A DNA stretch of 63,258 nucleotides, filler included. It is 5 parts of 5 records of this genome, joined end to end, with 100 filler letters (N's around TTAATTAATTAA, not from the genome) between each part and the next. Parts side by side here need not be neighbours in the genome. Positions count along the whole stretch, not along the records: positions 10,289 to 32,328 come from SRR2962707_3578; 4 more parts are not named here. The stretch is one strand, 5' to 3'. Of the stretch, positions 12,695 to 23,205 are shown one piece after another. Position 1 is the first letter of the stretch; each line of letters begins with the position of its first letter. Made by a program: the position numbers and the translations under genes. The notes under the pieces are model-generated. The model was not told the DNA's origin, did no database searches, and saw only the letters and a list, made by a program, of their open reading frames with translations.

Positions 12695-12716
12695 ATATAT
12701 TAAATCTTAAAGGTGT

Positions 12717-13730
12717 TTAGGCTTTAACGTCTTTCACTGTTTCAATAATTCTTGAAGCAACTTTGTATGGATCTGCATTAGAAGCAGGACGTCTATCTTC
12801 TAACCATCCTTTGTATCCTTTTTCTACTGTAATAATTGGAATACGGATAGAAGCTCCTCTATCAGAAACCCCATAACTAAAATCGGTAATAGAAGCAGTT
12901 TCATGTTTTCCAGTTAAACGCTCGTCGTTAAACTCACCATAAACAGCAATATGTTCTTTAGTTACTGGTCTAAAAGCTTCACAAACTTTATCATAAACAT
13001 CTTTAGAACCACAAGTTCTCAATAATGTATTAGAGAAGTTAGCGTGCATACCAGAACCATTCCAATCTCCTTTAACTGGTTTTGGATGGTATTCAATATA
13101 GTAACCATATTCTTCACATAATCTATCTAATAAATAACGAGAAATCCAGATTTCGTCTCCAGCTCTTTTACCTCCTTTGGCGAAAATTTGGTATTCCCAC
13201 TGTCCGCATGCAACCTCTTGGTTAATTCCTTCAAAGTTTAATCCTGCGTCGATACATAAATCTGCGTGTCTTTCAACAACTTCTCTTCCGTGAGTGTTTA
13301 AACCACCAACCGAACAGTAATATAATCCTTGTGGACCAGGGTAACCTCCAACAGGGAATCCTAATGGAAGTTGTGTTTTAGCATCCATAATAAAGTACTC
13401 TTGCTCGAAACCAAACCAGAAATCTTCATCATTTTCATCATCAATTGTAGCTCTCGAGTTGGTTTCATGTGGCGTACCATCGGCATTTAGAACCTCTGCC
13501 ATTACCAAGTATCCATTTCTTCTTGCTGGATCTGGGAAAATAGAAACAGGCTTTAATAAACAGTCAGAAGAACCTCCTTCTGCTTGTTTTGTAGAAGAAC
13601 CATCGAATGACCAAATTGGACAATCTTCTAGTTTACCGCTGAAATTATCTTCAACTTTAGTTTTACTTCTCATGTTTTGGGTTGGAAAATATCCATCTAA
13701 CCAAATGTACTCAAGTTTAGCCTTGCTCAT
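12717..13730 (-). CDS. glnII: Glutamine synthetase type II
   Basis: EYIWLDG, WSFDGSST, GDWNGSGMH, EDRRPASNADPY; 337 aa. Confidence 0.93.
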   Translation of the reverse strand: MSKAKLEYIWLDGYFPTQNMRSKTKVEDNFSGKLEDCPIWSFDGSSTKQAEGGSSDCLLKPVSIFPDPARRNGYLVMAEVLNADGTPHETNSRATIDDENDEDFWFGFEQEYFIMDAKTQLPLGFPVGGYPGPQGLYYCSVGGLNTHGREVVERHADLCIDAGLNFEGINQEVACGQWEYQIFAKGGKRAGDEIWISRYLLDRLCEEYGYYIEYHPKPVKGDWNGSGMHANFSNTLLRTCGSKDVYDKVCEAFRPVTKEHIAVYGEFNDERLTGKHETASITDFSYGVSDRGASIRIPIITVEKGYKGWLEDRRPASNADPYKVASRIIETVKDVKA

Positions 13731-13790
13731 TTCTTATAATAATTTTTAATTGAACTTTACTCGTAGACAAAAATATGGTATTTTGTTTCT

Positions 13791-13866
13791 TGTCCCGAAA
13801 ATTAAAGGGGTATTTTTGAAAAAAGTTTGCTATTTTTATTAATACCCTATTTTTGTAGGGGGTATT
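13791..13866. promoter_or_regulatory. Two TACCC-N12-GGGTA-like palindromes between divergent glutamine synthetases
   Basis: TACCC-N12-GGGTA at 13843-13864 (extends to AATACCC/GGGTATT); degenerate TGTCC-N12-GGGTA at 13791-13812. Confidence 0.5.
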
Positions 13867-14013
13867 TTCTTTTTTATATAAATATCCTGAAATTTGTTAA
13901 TAATAATTTAATATTTTATTTACTTAAAGGTATCGAATAAAAAGCTTAAATAGCACTTTTGTTATTTATCAAACATTTAGAATTTAAAATCAACTTTTTT
14001 ATAACGAAGCAAT

Positions 14014-16200
14014 ATGTCAACAATTAGATTTAAGGCAATTAATAAAACTTTTGAACGCAAACCTTTACCAGTTGAAGTAACTAGTAAACGTTCTGAAATA
14101 TTTGGAACCAATGTTTTTAATGAAATGGTAATGCGTCAAGTTATGTCTAAGGAGGCGTACAATAATGTAATTTCTGCTATAGAAGGCGGCTTGAAAATTG
14201 ATAGGAAGTTGGCAGATGAGATTGCATCGGCAATGAAAAATTGGGCAATTACTAAAGGAGCAACTCATTATACACATTGGTTTCAGCCACTTACTGGAGC
14301 TACTGCAGAAAAACATGATTCTTTTTTTGAGCCTATAAATAGTTCTCAGGCGGTAGAAAAATTTGGAGGCGATCAATTAGTGCAGCAAGAGCCAGATGCT
14401 TCTAGTTTTCCGCATGGCGGAATTAGAAATACTTTTGAAGCTCGTGGTTATACAGCTTGGGATCCAACTTCTCCAGCTTTTGTTTATGGTACAACATTAT
14501 GTATTCCTACTGTTTTTGTTTCCTATACTGGGGAGGCTTTAGATAATAAAGCGCCACTTTTAAGGGCTTTACAAGCGGTAGATAATGCCGCTACAGAGGT
14601 TGCTCGCTATTTTGATAAAAGTGTTTCTAAGGTAAATGCAACTTTAGGTTGGGAGCAAGAGTATTTCTTAATAGATAAGGCATTAGCATATTCAAGACCA
14701 GATATTGTTTTGGCAGGAAGAACGCTTTTGGGGCATTCGCCAGCTAAAGGTCAGCAATTAGACGATCATTACTTTGGTTCAATTCCAGATAGAGTGCTTA
14801 ATTTTATGAGAGAATTGGAAAACGATTGTGTTAAATTGGGAATTCCAGTAAAAACACGTCATAATGAAGTAGCACCAAATCAGTTTGAATTAGCGCCACT
14901 TTTTGAAGAAGCTAATTTAGCGGTAGATCATAATTCTCTTATAATGGATTTAATGGATAAAACTGCCGATAAGCATAATTTTAAAGTGCTTTTTCATGAA
15001 AAACCTTTCGTGGGAGTTAATGGTTCTGGAAAACATAACAACTGGTCGTTGGCAACTAATAATGGAATAAACCTATTAAGTCCAGGGACTACACCTACAA
15101 AAAATCTTCAGTTTCTAACATTTTTTATTAATACAATAAAAGCGGTTCATGATAACGAAGAGCTTATTAGAGCTTCGGTGGCTTCAGCTACAAACGATCA
15201 TCGTTTGGGAGCAGGAGAAGCACCGCCAGCAATTATTTCAGTATTTATTGGTTCTCAGTTAACAAAGGTTTTAGATGAATTGGAAGATGTTTCTAAAGGG
15301 AAGTTATCACCTCAAGAAAAAACAGATTTAAAACTGAATGTAGTTGGAAAAATTCCTGAAATTCTTTTAGATAATACCGATAGAAACCGGACTTCTTCTT
15401 TTGCTTTTACAGGAAATAAATTTGAATTTAGAGCGGTTGGTTCAAAATCTAATTGCGCTAAACCAATGACGGTTTTAAATACAATTGTAGCAAAACAGTT
15501 AAAAGAGTTTAAAAAAGAGGTTGATGGTTTGATTGATAAAAAAGGATTGAAGAAGGATGAGGCTATTTTTAATGTATTGAGAGAATATATCAAAGCTTCT
15601 AAGAAAATTAGATTTGAAGGAGATGGTTATAGCGAGGCTTGGGAAAAGGAAGCTGAGAAGCGTGGACTTAGTAATAATAAAAATACCCCACAGGCACTAA
15701 AAGCAGTGGTTTCTAAAAAAGCAATCGATTTATATGAAGAAATGGGGGTGATGAATTCTGTAGAAATAATAGCGCGTCAAGAAATTGAATTAGAAGAGTA
15801 TGCGCATAAAGTGCAAATTGAAGGTCGTGTTTTAGGAGATATCGCTAGAAATCATGTTATTCCAACCGCTATTAAATATCAAAATACATTAATTCAGAAT
15901 GTAAAAGGATTAAAAGAGGTCTTTGGAAGCGATTTTAAAAAATTAGCTCCAGAGCAAATAGATTTAATTGAAGAAATTTCTAATCATATTTCAGAAATAA
16001 ATTCTAAAGTTAAATTTATGATTGAGGAGCGTAAAAGCGCTAATAAGTTAGAAAAAGCACAGTTAAAAGCGGAAGCATATTGTAATAAAGTATTGCCTTA
16101 TTTTGAACAAATACGCTACCATTGTGATAAATTAGAATTGTTGGTGGAAGATAATATCTGGCCGTTAACAAAGTATAGAGAGTTGTTATTTACAAGATAA
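14014..16200 (+). CDS. Glutamine synthetase type III
   Basis: THYTHWFQPLTGATAEKHD, EPDASSFPHGGIRNTFEARGY, GVNGSGKHNNWS, DRNRTSSFAFTGNKFEFR; 728 aa. Confidence 0.95.
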   Translation: MSTIRFKAINKTFERKPLPVEVTSKRSEIFGTNVFNEMVMRQVMSKEAYNNVISAIEGGLKIDRKLADEIASAMKNWAITKGATHYTHWFQPLTGATAEKHDSFFEPINSSQAVEKFGGDQLVQQEPDASSFPHGGIRNTFEARGYTAWDPTSPAFVYGTTLCIPTVFVSYTGEALDNKAPLLRALQAVDNAATEVARYFDKSVSKVNATLGWEQEYFLIDKALAYSRPDIVLAGRTLLGHSPAKGQQLDDHYFGSIPDRVLNFMRELENDCVKLGIPVKTRHNEVAPNQFELAPLFEEANLAVDHNSLIMDLMDKTADKHNFKVLFHEKPFVGVNGSGKHNNWSLATNNGINLLSPGTTPTKNLQFLTFFINTIKAVHDNEELIRASVASATNDHRLGAGEAPPAIISVFIGSQLTKVLDELEDVSKGKLSPQEKTDLKLNVVGKIPEILLDNTDRNRTSSFAFTGNKFEFRAVGSKSNCAKPMTVLNTIVAKQLKEFKKEVDGLIDKKGLKKDEAIFNVLREYIKASKKIRFEGDGYSEAWEKEAEKRGLSNNKNTPQALKAVVSKKAIDLYEEMGVMNSVEIIARQEIELEEYAHKVQIEGRVLGDIARNHVIPTAIKYQNTLIQNVKGLKEVFGSDFKKLAPEQIDLIEEISNHISEINSKVKFMIEERKSANKLEKAQLKAEAYCNKVLPYFEQIRYHCDKLELLVEDNIWPLTKYRELLFTR

Positions 16201-16216
16201 AGGAGTTTTTAAAAGG

Positions 16217-16268
16217 GCTAAACTGTGAAAACGCAAAACTGCTAATTTGAAAATTTTCACAGTTTAGC
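16217..16268. repeat. Perfect 15-bp inverted repeat downstream of GSIII (possible terminator or stabilising hairpin)
   Basis: GCTAAACTGTGAAAA (16217-16231) pairs with TTTTCACAGTTTAGC (16254-16268). Confidence 0.6.
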
Positions 16269-16371
16269 AATTCAACAATATTAACAGCTTAGAAATTTTA
16301 CAGGCTAGAACATACAACTTTTGTTTGTGTGCTTTTTATTAATAGGCTATTTTTGCACAAAATATTGATAC

Positions 16372-17550
16372 ATGAGTTCAGAGATTAGCAAAAGGTATGC
16401 ACAAAGAGGTGTTTCAGCATCTAAAGAAGATGTTCATAACGCTATAAAAAATGTAGATAAAGGATTATTTCCACAGGCCTTTTGTAAAATCGTACCCGAT
16501 TATCTTACGGGGAGTAATGAGCATTGTATTATTATGCATGCCGATGGGGCAGGTACAAAATCCTCTTTAGCATATATGTATTGGAAGGAAACTGGAGATG
16601 TTTCCGTTTGGAAAGGAATTGCTCAAGATGCGTTGATTATGAATATAGACGACCTTCTTTGTGTTGGAGCTACTCAAAACATTATGCTTTCTTCAACTAT
16701 CGGGAGAAATAAAAATTTAATTCCTGGAGAAGTTATTTCTGCTATCATAAATGGAACCGAAGAGCTAATTGCTGAATTGAAAAAATTTGGTGTTGAAATT
16801 CATTCTACTGGAGGTGAAACTGCCGATGTAGGAGATTTAGTACGTACTATTATTGTAGATTCTACCGTAACAGCACGGATGAAACGTAGCGATGTAATTG
16901 ATAACGCAAATATTAAACCTGGAAATGTAATTGTAGGTTTAGCATCTTTTGGTCAGGCTACCTATGAAACCGAATATAATGGTGGAATGGGGAGTAACGG
17001 ACTCACATCTGCTCGCCATGATGTTTTTGATAAGTATTTGGCTGAAAAATTTCCTGAGAGTTTTGATCATGCTGTTCCTTCTGAATTAGTGTATTCTGGA
17101 AAAGTAAAGTTGACAGATAAAGTAGAGAATTCTCCAATAGATGCAGGAAAATTAGTGCTATCTCCAACAAGAACCTATGCACCAATAATTCAGAAAATAT
17201 TAAATACCTATTCTTCAGAAAAAATTAATGGAATGGTTCACTGTAGTGGAGGAGCGCAGACTAAAATACTTCATTTTGTAGATAATGTACACGTTGTAAA
17301 AGACACTATGTTTGATGTGCCACCTCTTTTTAAATTAATTCAAGAGCAGTCTAAAACTTCTTGGAAGGAAATGTATCAAGTTTTTAATTGTGGACATAGA
17401 ATGGAGTTGTATGTAGACGAAAGTATTGCGCAAGATATAATAGCTATTTCTAAATCTTTCAATGTAGAGGCACAGATAATAGGTAGAGTAGAAGCTTCAG
17501 AAACTAAAAAACTTACCATAAAAAGTACATACGGTACTTTTGAATATTAA
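16372..17550 (+). CDS. purM: AIR synthase (phosphoribosylformylglycinamidine cyclo-ligase), Bacteroidetes type
   Basis: HADGAGTKS, GGETADVGD, GSNGLTSARHD, HCSGGAQTK, EMYQVFNCG; TATTTTTG promoter box at 16348-16355. Confidence 0.92.
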   Translation: MSSEISKRYAQRGVSASKEDVHNAIKNVDKGLFPQAFCKIVPDYLTGSNEHCIIMHADGAGTKSSLAYMYWKETGDVSVWKGIAQDALIMNIDDLLCVGATQNIMLSSTIGRNKNLIPGEVISAIINGTEELIAELKKFGVEIHSTGGETADVGDLVRTIIVDSTVTARMKRSDVIDNANIKPGNVIVGLASFGQATYETEYNGGMGSNGLTSARHDVFDKYLAEKFPESFDHAVPSELVYSGKVKLTDKVENSPIDAGKLVLSPTRTYAPIIQKILNTYSSEKINGMVHCSGGAQTKILHFVDNVHVVKDTMFDVPPLFKLIQEQSKTSWKEMYQVFNCGHRMELYVDESIAQDIIAISKSFNVEAQIIGRVEASETKKLTIKSTYGTFEY

Positions 17551-18039
17551 TTAATCCCTCATAAAGGGTTTTATTCCCTAGAGCCTGTCCGGAGTTGAAG
17601 AACTCTGCGCCGAAATAAGATTGTTTCGTTTGGAAATCCTGTGGACTACCCCGATGTAGTTGATTTAATTTTTGTTGAAAATAAAAGTAAGAATAAGCCT
17701 ATATACTTTTGTTAAAATAGGTATCTAATTCATAGTTTTTTATCCAAAAAACTAGTATTTCCTTTGAGATAATCATAAGGTTTTAATCGAATAAAATATT
17801 GATTTTTAATAAATTAAATTTCCTTACAATTAAAAAAGTTGTAAACTTTTCATTGTTAGTAAAATTATAAAATGCTAATAATTAGGTTTTTAAGTGTTTT
17901 TTCTTGTAAACTTTTTTAAAATAATTTTAATTCGTGTTTTAATTTTAATTAGTTTTGTGGTGTTGACAGCTTAGATGTTTTGTAAGTTGTTGAACATTCC
18001 CCTATACAGTTTAAGTATCCACACAAAATCATTATAAAA

Positions 18040-20592
18040 ATGCAAAAAATAGAGACTTCTAATTTGAAAAAAACATATACACAGGAAGAAGCTATAAAAG
18101 CCTCTTTAGAATATTTTAAAGGAGACGATTTAGCAGCAACGGTTTGGGTAAATAAATATGCGCTTAAAGATTCTCAAGGGAATATTTATGAGGCTACTCC
18201 AAACGATATGCATCGTAGAATTGCAAAAGAAATTGCAAGAATAGAGGAAAAGTATGTTAATTCAATGACAGAAGAAGAGGTGTTCGATTTGATAAAAGAC
18301 TTTAAATATATAGTACCTCAAGGAAGTCCGATGGCAGGAATTGGAAACCCATACCAAGTAGGGTCATTATCAAATTGTTTTGTAATTGGTAATGATGGAA
18401 ATTCTGATTCTTATGGTGGAGTCATGAAGATTGACCAAGAGCAAGTGCAACTAATGAAACGTCGTGGAGGTGTGGGGCACGATTTATCTCATATCCGTCC
18501 AAAAGGATCGGAAGTAAAAAATTCGGCATTAACATCTACCGGAATTGTACCGTTTATGGAGCGTTATTCTAACTCTACTCGTGAGGTGGCGCAAGATGGG
18601 CGTCGTGGAGCCTTGATGCTTTCTGTTTCTATAAACCATCCAGATGCTGAAGATTTTATTGATGCAAAAATGGAGCAAGGAAAAGTTACTGGTGCAAATG
18701 TATCGGTGCGTATTGATGACGATTTTATGAAAGCGGTTGATGGGAAATTAAATTACACACAAAAGTACCCTATTCATAGTCAGACTCCTAAAGTAGAAAA
18801 GGAGATTGAAGCCTCTAAATTGTGGGATAAAATTGTGCACAACGCATGGAAATCTGCCGAACCAGGAATTCTATTTTGGGACACTATTTCTAGAGAATCT
18901 GTTCCAGATTGTTATGCCGATTTAGGGTATAAAACAGTTTCTACAAATCCATGTGGTGAAATTCCGTTATGTCCGTACGATTCTTGTAGATTGTTGGCAA
19001 TCAACCTTTATTCGTATGTTGAAAATCCGTTTACAGACAAAGCGAGTTTTAATTTTGATTTATTCAAAAAGCATGTTGGTTTAGCACAACGTATTATGGA
19101 CGATATTATCGACCTTGAATTAGAAAAGATTGATAATATTTTAGCTAAAATAGATGCAGATCCAGAAGGAGATGATGTAAAATTGGTTGAGAAAAACCTT
19201 TGGCTTAATATCCGTAAAAAAGCATATGAAGGAAGAAGAACTGGAGTTGGAATCACTGCGGAAGGAGATATGTTGGCAGCGCTAGGTTATAGATATGGAA
19301 CTGAAGAAGCTAATGAGTTTTCAGTAAATGTACATAAAACAATAGCTTTGGCAGCATACCGAGCTTCGGTTGAAATGGCTAAAGAACGTGGAGCTTTTAG
19401 TATTTTTGATGCCGACCGTGAGAAAGATAATCCTTTTATACTTCGTCTAAAAGAAGCAGATGATAAGCTGTATTACGAAATGTTGGAGTACGGGAGAAGA
19501 AACATTGCGCTATTAACTATTGCTCCTACTGGAACTACAAGTTTAATGACGCAAACTACTTCTGGAATTGAGCCTGTATTTTTACCAGTATATAAAAGAA
19601 GAAGGAAAGTAAATCCAAATGATAAAAATGTACGTGTAGATTTTATTGATGAAGTAGGAGATTCATGGGAAGAATATGTTGTTTTTCACCACCGATTTAA
19701 AGAGTGGATGCAAATAAACGGAATTGATACTTCAAAAAATTATAGTCAGGAAGAAATTGATGAGCTCATCCAAAAGTCGCCTTACTATAAAGCTACTTCT
19801 AATGATGTAGATTGGTTGAGTAAAGTACAATTGCAAGGAGCTGTGCAAAAATGGATAGACCACTCAATAAGTGTAACCATAAACTTGCCAAATGATGCCA
19901 CAGAAGAATTAGTAGGACAATTGTATTTAGAAGCATGGAAGGTAGGATGTAAAGGTGTTACCGTGTATAGAGATGGTTCTCGTAGTGGGGTTTTAATTTC
20001 TAATGAAGAAAAGAAAGAAGAAGAAACTACAGAAAAGAAAGTATTAACCACAAAACGACCTCAGGTTTTAGAAGCCGATGTGGTGCGTTTTCAAAATAGT
20101 AAGGAAAAATGGATTGCCTTTATTGGTTTGATTGACGGAGAGCCTTATGAGATTTTTACAGGATTAGCAGATGATGAAGACGGAATTTTAATTCCGCGTT
20201 GGGTTGAAGATGGGGTAATTATTAAGAATAGAAATGAAGATGGAACCTCTCGTTATGATTTTCAATATAAAAACAAGAGAGGGTATAAAACTACTATTGA
20301 AGGGTTGTCTCATAAATTCAATCCTGAATTCTGGAACTATGCTAAACTAATTTCGAGTACACTTCGACATGGAATGGAGATTGAAAGAGTAGTGAATTTA
20401 ATTAACAGTTTACAATTAGATTCTGAGTCGATTAACACATGGAAAAATGGTGTGGCAAGAGCTTTAAAACGATATGTTCAGGATGGAACAGCGGCAAAAG
20501 GGCAGAAATGCAGCAACTGTGAAGGAGATAATTTGGTATACCAAGAAGGTTGCTTAACTTGTAAAGATTGTGGATCTTCTAAATGTGGATAA
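18040..20592 (+). CDS. nrdJ: Adenosylcobalamin-dependent (class II) ribonucleotide reductase
   Basis: SLSNCFV, TNPCGEIPL, TIAPTGT, TVYRDGSR; C-terminal CxxC...CxxCGSSKCG. Confidence 0.93.
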   Translation: MQKIETSNLKKTYTQEEAIKASLEYFKGDDLAATVWVNKYALKDSQGNIYEATPNDMHRRIAKEIARIEEKYVNSMTEEEVFDLIKDFKYIVPQGSPMAGIGNPYQVGSLSNCFVIGNDGNSDSYGGVMKIDQEQVQLMKRRGGVGHDLSHIRPKGSEVKNSALTSTGIVPFMERYSNSTREVAQDGRRGALMLSVSINHPDAEDFIDAKMEQGKVTGANVSVRIDDDFMKAVDGKLNYTQKYPIHSQTPKVEKEIEASKLWDKIVHNAWKSAEPGILFWDTISRESVPDCYADLGYKTVSTNPCGEIPLCPYDSCRLLAINLYSYVENPFTDKASFNFDLFKKHVGLAQRIMDDIIDLELEKIDNILAKIDADPEGDDVKLVEKNLWLNIRKKAYEGRRTGVGITAEGDMLAALGYRYGTEEANEFSVNVHKTIALAAYRASVEMAKERGAFSIFDADREKDNPFILRLKEADDKLYYEMLEYGRRNIALLTIAPTGTTSLMTQTTSGIEPVFLPVYKRRRKVNPNDKNVRVDFIDEVGDSWEEYVVFHHRFKEWMQINGIDTSKNYSQEEIDELIQKSPYYKATSNDVDWLSKVQLQGAVQKWIDHSISVTINLPNDATEELVGQLYLEAWKVGCKGVTVYRDGSRSGVLISNEEKKEEETTEKKVLTTKRPQVLEADVVRFQNSKEKWIAFIGLIDGEPYEIFTGLADDEDGILIPRWVEDGVIIKNRNEDGTSRYDFQYKNKRGYKTTIEGLSHKFNPEFWNYAKLISSTLRHGMEIERVVNLINSLQLDSESINTWKNGVARALKRYVQDGTAAKGQKCSNCEGDNLVYQEGCLTCKDCGSSKCG

Positions 20593-20694
20593 TTGCTAAA
20601 TAATTAATATTTGAATACTCAAAAGCCTTTCCTGAATTTTCGGTAGGGCTTACGCAGAAAATTTAAATATTTTAAAGGTGTACAAATGCTATAT

Positions 20695-20742
20695 AAAAAA
20701 CCTCAGAATTTACTTGAAAAAGTAAGTTCTGAGGTTTTTTTT
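20695..20742. terminator. Bidirectional intrinsic terminator
   Basis: AAAAAACCTCAGAATTTACTT...AAGTAAGTTCTGAGGTTTTTTT. Confidence 0.8.
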
Positions 20743-20785
20743 CTTGAACTCTTCACCCAAAGCTTTTTACTTTCATCATGATGAT

Positions 20786-20879
20786 GTCACCCTGAGCTTG
20801 TCGCCCTGATCTTTTTGCTGTGGAGCTTTTCATCATGAGGATGTCACCGTGAGTTTGTCACCCTGAGCTTGTCGAAGGG
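20786..20879 (+). repeat. Cluster of three REP-like GTCACCCTGAGCTTGTCGAAG units
   Basis: Units start at 20786, 20843 (degenerate) and 20857; related copies at 23154 and 29870-29932. Confidence 0.75.
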
Positions 20880-20920
20880 GTCATTCTGAAGAACTTCAAA
20901 AGGCGTATTTTCTTGAAGAA

Positions 20921-21571
20921 CTAACTTACCAAATAATGTTCGTTTACTAAATCTTGCCGAGAAGAAACCTGCTTTGTATGTCCGTTTCTTAAGAGGTATA
21001 AATCATCACATATATCTATTACATGTTCATATAAATGATCTGTAATAATAATTCCTTTTTGATCTTTTTCTTCATCAATAATTTCTATAATTTTTTCAAT
21101 ATAGAGTGGAGCAATATGAGAAAAGGGCTCGTCTAAAAGTACAAATTTTGCTTCCGATTTTAATATAAGATAGGTCTCTATAACTCGTAATTCTCCTCCA
21201 GATACTTCTTTTGGCTTTGCAGTTTTATGAGTTTCAAAACTCGGAAAAACTTTTACAAAATCGTTCCAATTTACACTCATCAGAAAAAAGGCATCCTTTA
21301 ATTTTATGTTGTTAGGAAGCATTTGGTGTTGTGGTAAATATTTAACTAAACCTGTTTTATAGAATGCTTTTAATAGGGGCTTTTCATCTAAGCGAAGAAG
21401 TTTATATTTTGGTTGCAGACTTCCGAAGATGATTTTTAAAAGACTACTTTTTCCGCAGCCATTTCTTCCTAATACTCCTGTTACTTTTCCTATATCATTC
21501 TTAAAATAAATACCAGCCAATATTTTTTTATCAGCATAAGAAAGCTCGATATTATCAATTTCTAATTTCAA
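20921..21571 (-). CDS. ABC transporter ATP-binding protein
   Basis: Walker A GRNGCGKS, signature VSGGE, Walker B VLLDEPF, ITDH. Confidence 0.9.
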   Translation of the reverse strand: MKLEIDNIELSYADKKILAGIYFKNDIGKVTGVLGRNGCGKSSLLKIIFGSLQPKYKLLRLDEKPLLKAFYKTGLVKYLPQHQMLPNNIKLKDAFFLMSVNWNDFVKVFPSFETHKTAKPKEVSGGELRVIETYLILKSEAKFVLLDEPFSHIAPLYIEKIIEIIDEEKDQKGIIITDHLYEHVIDICDDLYLLRNGHTKQVSSRQDLVNEHYLVS

Positions 21572-21855
21572 AATAGTGGGTTTAAAAAAGAATACATAAC
21601 AATGCTTACAACGAAATCTGTAAATAAAACTCCGACAAATAATTTTGGGATGGAAACAGAAAGATTTTGATAAAATGTAAATTTATTGTCATTCCCAATT
21701 TTGGCTGTAGTAAAAAATAAAGCACTAAAGAAAAGGGTTTTTGTAAATAAAATAGCAGGAATGGGAAATTTTATAAATAGTAAAACAAACTGTATAAAAA
21801 CAGAAATTAGAAGGTAGCTTTTATAAAAGTTGAAAATTAAGAATAGGGATTTCAC
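21568..21855 (-). CDS. Small hypothetical membrane protein coupled to the ABC ATPase
   Basis: Three hydrophobic segments, FYQNL motif; 4-bp overlap with the ATPase start. Confidence 0.65.
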   Translation of the reverse strand: MKSLFLIFNFYKSYLLISVFIQFVLLFIKFPIPAILFTKTLFFSALFFTTAKIGNDNKFTFYQNLSVSIPKLFVGVLFTDFVVSIVMYSFLNPLF

Positions 21856-22029
21856 ACGAATAAATTTAGAACAGGGATGATTTTAGTCATTATAAATCTC
21901 TCAATGAGAGTAAAAGTATTATTTTTTATAGATAAATGCTTATAATAAAGGAAATTTTAACTGAATAACATCTAACTATAAAAACAACAAAAATAATCGT
22001 AAATTTGCATTTCGAATTAGAGAATAATT

Positions 22030-23106
22030 ATGTTAGATAAATTAAATATTGTAAGACAACGTTTTGATGAAGTATCGGATTTAATCATCCAACCAGATGT
22101 AATTGCCGATCAAAAGCGTTATGTACAATTAAATAAAGAGTATAAAGAACTCAATGAACTTGTACAAAAGCGAGATGAGTATGTAGAGGTTACAAGTAAT
22201 ATTGAAGAAGCCGAAGAGATAATTGCTGATGGAAGTGATGCTGAAATGGTCGAAATGGCTAAAATGCAGTTGGAAGAAGCTAAAGAGAAACTTGGGCCAT
22301 TAGAAGACGAAATCAAGTTTTTATTAATACCTAAAGACCCAGAAGATTCTAAGAATGTAATGATGGAAATTCGTGCAGGTACTGGAGGAGATGAAGCTAG
22401 TATTTTTGCAGGAGACTTACATAGAATGTACACCAAATACTGCGAAAGTAGAGGATGGAAAGTTAATGTGGTAGATTTTAATGAAGGAACTTCTGGAGGC
22501 TATAAAGAAATTATTTTTGAGGTTAATGGAGAGAATGTCTACGGAACTTTAAAATTTGAATCGGGGGTACACCGTGTGCAACGGGTACCTCAAACAGAAA
22601 CCCAAGGTCGTGTGCATACGTCTGCGGCTACAGTAATGGTGTTGCCAGAAGCTGAAGAGTTTGATGTAGAGCTTGATATGGGAGATGTAAAAATTATCAG
22701 AACAACTTCTACAGGGCCTGGAGGGCAGTCGGTTAACACCACATATTCTGCTATCCAATTACAGCATTTACCTACAGGGATAGAAGTGCGTTGTCAGGAT
22801 GAAAAATCGCAACATAAAAACTTAGAAAAGGCTATAAAAGTACTTCGTTCACGTTTGTATGAGCGTGAATTGGCTAAAAAGCAAGAGGAGGATTCTGCAA
22901 GACGTAAGAGCATGGTTTCAAGTGGAGATAGAAGTGCTAAAATTAGAACTTATAATTATCCGCAGGGGCGTGTAACAGATCATAGAATTGGATTAAACCT
23001 TTACGATTTATCGAATATTATGAATGGCGATATTCAGAAAATTGTGGAAGAACTTAAAATGACAGAAAATACAGAGAAGCTTAAAGAAGCTAGTGAAACA
23101 ATGTAA
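22030..23106 (+). CDS. prfA: Peptide chain release factor 1
   Basis: GGQ motif, PxT (PQT), [24 protein letters not shown] promoter box at 22000-22007. Confidence 0.97.
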   Translation: MLDKLNIVRQRFDEVSDLIIQPDVIADQKRYVQLNKEYKELNELVQKRDEYVEVTSNIEEAEEIIADGSDAEMVEMAKMQLEEAKEKLGPLEDEIKFLLIPKDPEDSKNVMMEIRAGTGGDEASIFAGDLHRMYTKYCESRGWKVNVVDFNEGTSGGYKEIIFEVNGENVYGTLKFESGVHRVQRVPQTETQGRVHTSAATVMVLPEAEEFDVELDMGDVKIIRTTSTGPGGQSVNTTYSAIQLQHLPTGIEVRCQDEKSQHKNLEKAIKVLRSRLYERELAKKQEEDSARRKSMVSSGDRSAKIRTYNYPQGRVTDHRIGLNLYDLSNIMNGDIQKIVEELKMTENTEKLKEASETM

Positions 23107-23153
23107 ATTGGATGTTATTTTGAATTTTAAATGATAAATTTTAAATGAAGAAT

Positions 23154-23180
23154 GTCATGCTGAGCTTGTCGAAGTATGGC
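23154..23180 (+). repeat. REP-like hairpin unit
   Basis: GTCATGCTGAGCTTGTCGAAGTATGGC is self-complementary at its ends; same family as 20857. Confidence 0.7.
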
Positions 23181-23205
23181 ATTTTTTATATCAGAAATAA
23201 AACAA

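Noticed and set aside
17551-18039. Cobalamin riboswitch upstream of nrdJ
   Set aside because: No GGGAA...GCCACTG...B12-box arrangement found by eye on either strand.
20761-20880. CRISPR array
   Set aside because: Units are irregularly spaced and overlapping, with no unique equal-length spacers and no cas genes.
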